Below, piece after piece: positions 56,150 through 64,000 of a stretch of DNA of 64,000 nt. The position numbers and the translations under genes were made by a program. The notes under the pieces were generated by a model. It worked only from the letters and a program-made list of their open reading frames with translations. It did no database searches and was not told where the DNA came from. How positions within the stretch are numbered: position 1 is the first letter of the stretch; the number at the start of each line of letters is the position of its first letter. Source of the stretch: Eledone cirrhosa (lineage: Eukaryota). Location of the stretch: positions 212,226,001-212,290,000 of the forward strand of contig OZ024743.1 of assembly GCA_964016885.1 (NCBI GenBank). The letters run 5' to 3'.

Positions 56150-59100
56150 GAAAATCACACCACACACAACCAATGTGTGTCTGCACATGTACCAGTAATT
56201 ACAGATCGATCCCACCACGAGTTCAATGTAAACAAACTTACGCTCAACGACTTTGTTGACGTTTAACACGGTTTGGTTCCACAGCCACAACTATTGATTT
56301 TACGGAGATATCTTGCTGAAATTCACGCCACACATAGCCAATGAGTGTCTGCACATCTACCAGTAATTACAGATGGATCCCACCACGGGCGGCCGGCCCA
56401 CAATCGAAACGGTTACTCCGCCTGCAAATCGTCATTTTCGGATTCGTTTTCTTCGAAGCACACCATTCGCCGGCGGACTTCAGCTGCCTCATTTAGCATG
56501 AGCAGTTTTTCTTGAAGATCACACCACACACAGCCAATGAGTGTCTGCACATGTACCAGTAATTACAGATGGATCCCACCACGGGCGGCCGGCCCACAAT
56601 CGAAAAGGTTACTCCGCCTGCAAATCGTCATTTTCGGATTCGTTTTCTTCGAAGCACACCATTCGCCGGCGGACTTCAGCTGCCTCATTTAGCATGGACA
56701 GTTTTTCTTGAAGATCACACCACACACACCCAATGAGTGTCTGCACATGTACCAGTAATTAGAGATCGATCCGACCACGGGCGGCCGGCCCACGATCGAG
56801 AAAAAGGTAACTCCGACGGCAAATCGTCATTTTTGTGATCCGTTTTCTTCGAAGCACACCATTCGCCGCCGGACTTCAGCTGCCTCATTTAGCATGGGCA
56901 GTTTTTTTTGAAAATCACACCACACACAACCAGTGTGTGTCTGCACATGTACCAGTAATTACAGATCGATCCGACCACGGGCGGCCGGCCCGCGATTGAA
57001 AAGGTAACTCCGCCGGCAAATCGTCATTTTTGTGATTCGTTTTCTTCGAAGCACACCATTCGCCGCCGGACTTCAGCTGCCTCATTTAGCATGGGCAGTT
57101 TTTTTTGAAAATCACACCACACACAACCAATGTGTGTCTGCACATGTACCAGTAATTACAGATCGATCCCACCACGAGTTCAATGTAAACAAACTTACGC
57201 TCAACGACTTTGTTGACGTTTAACACGGTTTGGTTCCACAGCCACAACTATTGATTTTACGGAGATATCTTGCTGAAATTCACGCCACACATAGCCAATG
57301 AGTGTCTGCACATGTAGCAGTAATTACAGATCGATCCGACCACGGATGGCCGGCCCGCGATTGAAAAGGTAACTCTGCCGGCAAATCGTCATTTTTGGAT
57401 TCGTTTTCTTCGAAGCACACCATTCGCCGGCGGACTTTGTTGACGTTTAACACGGTTTGGTTCCACAGCCACAACTATTGATTTTAAGGAGATATCTTGC
57501 TGAAATTCACGCCACACATAGCCAATGAGTGTCTGCACATGTACTAGTAATTACAGATGGATCCCACCACGGGCGGCCGGCCCACAATCGAAAAGGTTAC
57601 TCCGCCTGCAAATCGTCATTTTCGGATTCGTTTTCTTCGAAGCACACCATTCGCCGGCGGACTTCAGCTGCCTCATTTAGCATGGGCAGTTTTTCTTGAA
57701 GATCACACCACACACAGCCAATGAGTGTCTGCACATGTACCAGTAATTAGAGATCGATCCGACCACGGGCGGCCGGCCCACGATCGAGAAAAAGGTAACT
57801 CCGCCGGCAAATCGTCATTTTTGTGATCCGTTTTCTTCGAAGCACACCATTCGCCGCCGGACTTCAGCTGCCTCATTTAGCATAGGCAGTTTTTTTTGAA
57901 AATCACACCACACACAACCAATGTGTGTCTGCACATGTACCAGTAATTACAGATCGATCCCACCACGAGTTCAATGTAAACAAACTTACGCTCAACGACT
58001 TTGTTGACGTTTAACACGGTTTGGTTCCACAGCCACAACTATTGATTTTACGGAGATATCTTGCTGAAATTCACGCCACACATAGCCAATGAGTGTCTGC
58101 ACATCTACCAGTAATTACAGATGGATCCCACCACGGGCGGCCGGCCCACAATCGAAACGGTTACTCCGCCTGCAAATCGTCATTTTCGGATTCGTTTTCT
58201 TCGAAGCACACCATTCGCCGGCGGACTTCAGCTGCCTCATTTAGCATGAGCAGTTTTTCTTGAAGATCACACCACACACAGCCAATGAGTGTCTGCACAT
58301 GTACCAGTAATTAGAGATCGATCCGACCACGGGCGGCCGGCCCACGATCGAGAAAAAGGTAACTCCGCCGGCAAATCGTCATTTTTGTGATCCGTTTTCT
58401 TCGAAGCACACCATTCGCCGCCGGACTTCAGCTGCCTCATTTAGCATAGGCAGTTTTTTTTGAAAATCACACCACACACAACCAATGTGTGTCTGCACAT
58501 GTACCAGTAATTACAGATCGATCCCACCACGAGTTCAATGTAAACAAACTTACGCTCAACGACTTTGTTGACGTTTAACACGGTTTGGTTCCACAGCCAC
58601 AACTATTGATTTTACGGAGATATCTTGCTGAAATTCACGCCACACATAGCCAATGAGTGTCTGCACATCTACCAGTAATTACAGATGGATCCCACCACGG
58701 GCGGCCGGCCCACAATCGAAACGGTTACTCCGCCTGCAAATCGTCATTTTCGGATTCGTTTTCTTCGAAGCACACCATTCGCCGGCGGACTTCAGCTGCC
58801 TCATTTAGCATGAGCAGTTTTTCTTGAAGATCACACCACACACAGCCAATGAGTGTCTGCACATGTACCAGTAATTACAGATGGATCCCACCACGGGCGG
58901 CCGGCCCACAATCGAAAAGGTTACTCCGCCTGCAAATCGTCATTTTCGGATTCGTTTTCTTCGAAGCACACCATTCGCCGGCGGACTTCAGCTGCCTCAT
59001 TTAGCATGGACAGTTTTTCTTGAAGATCACACCACACACAGCCAATGAGTGTCTGCACATGTACCAGTAATTACAGATCGATCCCACCACGAGTTCAATG

Positions 59101-61175
59101 TAAACAAACTTACGCTCAACGACTTTGTTGACGTTTAACACGGTTTGGTTCCACAGCCACAACTATTGATTTTAAGGGGATATCTTGCTGAAATTCACGC
59201 CACACATAGCCAATGAGTGTCTGCACATGTACCAGTAATTGCAGATCGATCCGACCACGGACGGCCGGCCCGCGATTGAAAAGGTAACTCCGTCGGCAAA
59301 TCGTCATTTTTGGATTCGTTTTCTTCGAAGCACACCATTCGCCGGCCGACTTTGTTGACGTTTAACACGGTTTGGTTCCACAGCCACAACTATTGATTTT
59401 AAGGGGATATCTTGCTGAAATTCACGCCACACATAGCCAATGAGTGTCTGCACATGTACCAGTAATTACAGATGGATCCCACCACGGGCGGCCGGCCCAC
59501 AATCGAAAAGGTTACTCCGCCTGCAAATCGTCATTTTCGGATTCGTTTTCTTCGAAGCACACCATTCGCCGGCGGACTTCAGCTGCCTCATTTAGCATGG
59601 GCAGTTTTTCTTGAAGATCACACCACACACAGCCAATGAGTGTCTGCACATGTACCAGTAATTAGAGATCGATCCGACCACGGGCGGCCGGCCCACGATC
59701 GAGAAAAAGGTAACTCCGCCGGCAAATCGTCATTTTCGGATTCGTTTTCTTCGAAGCACACCATTCGCCGGCGGACTTCAGCTGCCTCATTTAGCATGAG
59801 CAGTTTTTCTTGAAGATCACACCACACACAGCCAATGAGTGTCTGCACATGTACCAGTAATTACAGATGGATCCCACCACGGGCGGCCGGCCCACAATCG
59901 AAAAGGTTACTCCGCCTGCAAATCGTCATTTTCGGATTCGTTTTCTTCGAAGCACACCATTCGCCGGCGGACTTCAGCTGCCTCATTTAGCATGGGCAGT
60001 TTTTCTTGAAGATCACACCACACACACCCAATGAGTGTCTGCACATGTACCAGTAATTAGAGATCGATCCGACCACGGGCGGCCGGCCCACGATCGAGAA
60101 AAAGGTAACTCCGCCGGCAAATCGTCATTTTTGTGATCCGTTTTCTTCGAAGCACACCATTCGCCGCCGGACTTCAGCTGCCTCATTTAGCATGGGCAGT
60201 TTTTTTTGAAAATCACACCACACACAACCAATGTGTGTCTGCACATGTACCAGTAATTACAGATCGATCCGACCACGGGCGGCCGGCCCGCGATTGAAAA
60301 GGTAACTCCGCCGGCAAATCGTCATTTTTGTGATTCGTTTTCTTCGAAGCACACCATTCGCCGCCGGACTTCAGCTGCCTCATTTAGCATGGGCAGTTTT
60401 TCTTGAAGATCACACCACACACAGCCAATGAGTGTCTGCACATGTACCAGTAATTACAGATGGATCCCACCACGGGCGGCCGGCCCACAATCGAAAAGGT
60501 TACTCCGCCTGCAAATCGTCATTTTCGGATTCGTTTTCTTCGAAGCACACCATTCGCCGGCGGACTTCAGCTGCCTCATTTAGCATGGGCAGTTTTTCTT
60601 GAAGATCACACCACACACAGCCAATGAGTGTCTGCACATGTACCAGTAATTAGAGATCGATCCGACCACGGGCGGCCGGCCCACGATCGAGAAAAAGGTA
60701 ACTCCGCCGGCAAATCGTCATTTTTGTGATCCGTTTTCTTCGAAGCACACCATTCGCCGCCGGACTTCAGCTGCCTCATTTAGCATGGGCAGTTTTTTTT
60801 GAAAATCACACCACACACAACCAATGTGTGTCTGCACATGTACCAGTAATTACAGATCGATCCCACCACGAGTTCAATGTAAACAAACTTACGCTCAACG
60901 ACTTTGTTGACGTTTAACACGGTTTGGTTCCACAGCCACAACTATTGATTTTAAGGGGATATCTTGCTGAAATTCACGCCACACATAGCCAATGAGTGTC
61001 TGCACATGTAGCAGTAATTACAGATCGATCCGACCACGGATGGCCGGCCCGCGATTGAAAAGGTAACTCCGCCGGCAAATCGTCATTTTTGGATTCGTTT
61101 TCTTCGAAGCACACCATTCGCCGGCGGACTTTGTTGACGTTTAACACGGTTTGGTTCCACAGCCACAACTATTGA
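56150..61175. repeat. Array edge zone: short irregular HORs (957 bp, 564 bp and others) with edge-specific variants
   Basis: 56075-57032 = 957 (D-A-A-B-C). CATAGGCAG at 57881 and 58445 = 564 (D-A-B). TTAAGGGGAT is seen only at ~59.17, 59.40 and 60.95 kb. Confidence 0.9.
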
Positions 61176-62282
61176 CCGCCCCGTGCCTTCGAAGAAGGAA
61201 GAAGGAAAGGATTTTGTTTTTTGTTTTGAAGATACGCTAGAATTAGGGATTGAGGTTTGAAAATACGTTAGGAATTAAGGTTTGAAAATAGCTAGCAAGA
61301 AGGTAATGATTGAATGGGGTCCATGCATTTAACAAGCGATTAACAAAAATACAAAATTTGTTCTGTTAAATACGTCCAAAAACCTACGTATTTAGCAATT
61401 AATAGAAACAGAAAATGTAGTTTGTTTTAGCGAAATATGGATTGTTTTGAAAATACGCTAGAATTAAGATTTGTGGAGGGAGAGAGATGAAGTCTGTACA
61501 TTACGTTTACATGAATATCGTGGACAGCAAGCAATGAAATGAAATTTGGCGAAGTGAATTCCTATCATATATTTATAGAGAGAGAGAGAGAGTGAGAGAG
61601 AGCGAGGGGAGGGGGCCACATGATGGCTGTGAGTGTTAGGCGTTTGACCGCCCCGTGCCTTCGAAGAAGGAAGAAGGAAAGGATTTTGTTTTTTGTTTTG
61701 AAGATACGCTAGAATTAGGGATTGAGGTTTGAAAATACGTTAGGAATTAAGGTTTGAAAATAGCTAGCAAGAAGGTAATGATTGAATGGGGTCCATGCAT
61801 TTAACAAGCGATTAACAAAAATACAAAATTTGTTCTGTTAAATACGTCCAAAAACCTACGTATTTAGCAATTAATAGAAACAGAAAATGTAGTTTGTTTT
61901 AGCGAAATATGGATTGTTTTGAAAATACGCTAGAATTAAGATTTGTGGAGGGAGAGAGATGAAGTCTGTACATTACGTTTACATGAATATCGTGGACAGC
62001 AAGCAATGAAATGAAATTTGGCGAAGTGAATTCCTATCATATATTTATAGAGAGAGAGAGTGAGAGAGAGCGAGGGGAGGGGGACACATGATGGCTGTGA
62101 GTGTTAGGCGTTTGACCGCCCCGTGCCTTCGAAGAAGGAAGAAGGAAAGGATTTTGTTTTTTGTTTTGAAGATACGCTAGAATTAGGGATTGAGGTTTGA
62201 AAATACGTTAGGAATTAAGGTTTGAAAATAGCTAGCAAGAAGGTAATGATTGAATGGGGTCCATGCATTTAACAAGCGATTA
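61172..62282. repeat. Second tandem repeat, ~470-bp unit x2.4 (61172-61643, 61644-62111, partial 62112-62282)
   Basis: TTGACCGCCCCGTGCCTTCGAAG recurs at 61172, 61644 and 62112 (periods 472 and 468). Units 1 and 2 differ by a 4-bp (AG)n contraction and one substitution (GGGGGCCACA vs GGGGGACACA). AT-rich, with internal TTTGAARATACGYTAG sub-repeats. Confidence 0.97.
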
Positions 62283-62285
62283 TAT

Positions 62286-62522
62286 ATATAATATAAAACG
62301 AAAAATCAGTGATGCATCTGGATTCAGTTTATTGTGTGTTACAATTGTTTCGCCGGCAGATAACTCGAGACACGATCATTGTATGGATCTGTCTGATTCT
62401 GAGATCTAGAATCAGACAGATCCATACAATGATCGTGTCTCGAGCTATCTGCCGGCGAAACAATTGTAACACACAATAAACTGAGTCCAGATGCATCACT
62501 AATTTTTCGTTTTATATTATAT
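62286..62522. repeat. 237-bp near-perfect palindrome (115-bp arms, 7-nt spacer); possible fold-back mobile element remnant
   Basis: 62286-62400 is the reverse complement of 62408-62522 with 3 mismatches, all transitions. The spacer is GAGATCT. Both ends lie in TA-rich sequence. Confidence 0.97.
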
Positions 62523-62595
62523 CACACTCTGCTCTGTAAGAGCATAGAGTGCTCAACTGGCATACCGCCTATGGAAGCATCATAGCTACCATTAA

Positions 62596-62601
<6 letters not shown>

Positions 62602-62674
<73 letters not shown>
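62602..62674. repeat. Compound microsatellite (AC)n-(TA)n-(GA)n
   Basis: Directly visible: about 21 AC units, then TA at 62645-62662, then GA at 62663-62674. Confidence 0.98.
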
Positions 62675-62778
62675 TATTACACTATATTACAAGAGCAAGA
62701 ATGAGGGGCTCATTCTACTGACATGGCTTAAAAGAGGCTGTTTGTATAATTGCAAACGAATCGAATATTATTATTAAT

Positions 62779-62972
62779 GGTCGGTGGATTGGCAGTATCG
62801 GTAGAGGGTCGGACGCCATGCTTTCCAGCATAGTTACGTCCCTTTACGATCTGAGTTCAAATCCCGCCGAGGTTGACTTTGCCTTTCATCCTTACGGGGT
62901 CGATAAAATAAAGTACCAGTAATGCACTGGGTAATTGCTGGCCTTGTGCCTAAAGTAGAAACAATTATTAAT
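62779..62972 (+). mobile_element. tRNA-derived SINE, resembling the abundant octopus SINE family
   Basis: A-box-like TGGCAGTATCGG (62790-62801) and B-box GAGTTCAAATCCC (62853-62865). The body GGTTGACTTTGCCTTTCATCCTTACGGGGTCGATAAAATAAAGTACCAG matches my recollection of octopus/mollusc SINE cores (not searched). ATTATTAAT on both sides (62770-62778, 62964-62972) may be a target-site duplication or tail. Confidence 0.8.
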
Positions 62973-62984
62973 ATTCGAAAATTA

Positions 62985-63026
62985 AAAGGGACGTAACTAT
63001 GCATTCCAGCATAGTTACGTCCCTTT
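62985..63026. repeat. Perfect 18-bp inverted repeat with 6-nt loop at the SINE duplication junction
   Basis: AAAGGGACGTAACTATGC (62985-63002) - ATTCCA - GCATAGTTACGTCCCTTT (63009-63026). Confidence 0.97.
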
Positions 63027-63161
63027 ACGTCTGAGTTCAAATCCCGCCGAGGTTGACTTTTCCTTTCATCCTTAAGGGGTCGATAAAATAAAGTACCAGT
63101 AATGCACTGGGTAATTGCTGGCCTTGTGCCTAAAGTAGAAACAATTATTAATATTCGAAAA
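63004..63161 (+). mobile_element. 5'-truncated tandem duplicate of the SINE (copy of 62823-62981)
   Basis: Near-identical at offset 181/180, with a 1-bp indel and two substitutions seen. It includes the 3' flank ATATTCGAAAA, so it is a DNA-level duplication rather than a second retrotransposition. Confidence 0.9.
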
Positions 63162-63506
63162 ACTCCGATTACATTTATTGTATTCAGCCAGGATGGAACA
63201 ATAACATTTTTAGAAGTGCAGTGTATTTTGTTTCATGCAGTTTCAAATCGGCTGCAATTGATGTTGAAGGATATCTTTTATTAATAATTTACCCAAGTTA
63301 TCGATGCAATGGATACAAGCATGGCTAGCTACAATGATACTAATTGTAGTTCTATAATTTTGCTACTGGAAAAAGCTGCTTCGATAGTTTTTTGTGAATT
63401 TTTGTTTATTAAACCACTAGTTTTTTTCTCTTTAGCTAAAAAAACATGATTTTTAAATAAAGTATTGTGAATTTATATTTACTACCGCTACCTTAGGTGC
63501 CCTTAC

Positions 63507-63581
63507 CAGAGTTCACTCTGTTGCATTCCAGGGTGGATTTCCAGTTTAAACACACTTTCTTCTTTCCACCAGTGATGGTAG
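63507..63581 (-). other. Candidate 75-bp internal exon (unverified)
   Basis: Minus strand CCCTTTTCATAG|CTACCATC...GAACTCTG|GTAAGG: pyrimidine-rich acceptor, good donor, length divisible by 3, two open frames. No recognisable protein. Confidence 0.25.
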
Positions 63582-63840
63582 CTATGAAAAGGGTCATGGA
63601 CACAACTTTTCCTCTTAATCAAGCAGTAAAAAACATATTTATTGCTATAGTGCTTTGCTTCTCTCACCAAATTTAGAAATGGTAAATCATTTGCCAAGAA
63701 TTTATTTTTTTAAACTTTTACTTTCTATCGTACTTTGATCACTTGATCATATATTGTAGTTTGGGAATAATCGATATATGTTGCTATTTTTCCTCTTTCT
63801 TTTTTTTTCTTTTTTTTTTATATTCAGCTTGATCCCGACC

Positions 63841-63927
63841 CCGGTGATCTTTGAGTATAAGGTGCAACTTTCACTTTGTCAAACAAAATAAAAGGGGGCC
63901 GTACTGTATACTCAATGATCTGCCACG
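63841..63927. mobile_element. Possible degenerate MITE relic (pogo/Tigger-like inverted ends)
   Basis: GATCTTTGAGTATA (63846-63859) and TATACTCAATGATC (63907-63920) are reverse complements at 13/14 positions. The GAGTATAA...TATACTC pattern is reminiscent of pogo-like MITE ends. Confidence 0.3.
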
Positions 63928-64000
63928 TGACTGAATAATTGCTGCCAAAGAGTTTCATTTCACATTATTATATGGTATAGCATTCCATGGAGGTCAACTT

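Larger units (their letters stand above)
1..61175. repeat. Satellite DNA array, ~196-bp monomer family with higher-order repeat structure (continues left of the window)
   Basis: Monomer starts (GAAGATCACACC / GAAAATCACACC / GAAATTCACGCC) at 1, 197, 397, 594, 762, 989 and 1185 give lengths of 196, 200, 197, 168, 227 and 196. All copies are in the same orientation. The last satellite bases are ...CACAACTATTGA ending at 61175. I count 42 D-type monomers. Confidence 0.99.

Noticed and set aside
519-61168. About 95 repeated 63-90 aa ORFs (MIRFLRST..., MWLWNQTV..., MTICRRSY...)
   Set aside because: They are translations of the satellite on both strands, mostly from non-ATG starts. They cross monomer junctions, are lost through random point variants, and resemble no protein family I know.
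1-61175. CRISPR array or other repeat-spacer system
   Set aside because: There are no unique spacers: the D-specific segment is essentially identical in all 42 copies. Units are 168-227 bp, no cas genes are present, and the context is eukaryotic.
61243-61248. TTAGGG telomeric motif in the 470-bp unit
   Set aside because: It is a single hexamer per unit, with no tandem telomeric tract.
61224-61290. TTGAAGAT/TTGAAAAT motifs shared by the 470-bp repeat and the satellite monomer junctions
   Set aside because: Short, AT-rich and not extendable, so they are not evidence of common origin.
62349-62360. TTCGCCGGCAGA shared between the palindrome arm and a satellite variant (15.36 and 20.45 kb)
   Set aside because: A 12-bp match to a rare variant with no flanking homology; probably chance.
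62834-63284. ORFs 62834-63040 (-) and 63102-63284 (+)
   Set aside because: They lie within or start in the SINE copies, are short, and show no coding signature.
63503-63697. 64-aa minus-strand ORF as a standalone gene
   Set aside because: It has a non-ATG start, and its stop codon lies in a GTAAG donor-like motif. At most part of it is an exon, reported at low confidence.

Overview
No supportable protein-coding gene. Bases 1-61175 are one uninterrupted, head-to-tail, ~51% GC satellite array of about 310 monomers. It is built from five related monomer types (A 196 bp, B 200, C 197, D 168, E 227), arranged as variable higher-order repeats (HORs) of the form D-E(0-2)-A(n)-B-C. The array has zones dominated by a 1184-bp 6-mer and a 1411-bp 7-mer, kb-scale segmental duplications, and a scrambled edge layer. 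It ends abruptly, via a 4-bp TTGA microhomology, in a second tandem repeat (~470 bp x2.4). Next come a 237-bp near-perfect palindrome, a compound microsatellite, a tRNA-derived SINE with a fold-back-linked partial duplication, and AT-rich unique DNA. The SINE and microsatellite style suggest an animal, probably an octopus-like mollusc (recognised from memory, not searched). The best candidate for a new system is a modular, HOR-organised, dyad-rich, nucleosome-length satellite that may be centromeric or pericentromeric. All ORFs in 1-61168 are artefacts of the repeat.
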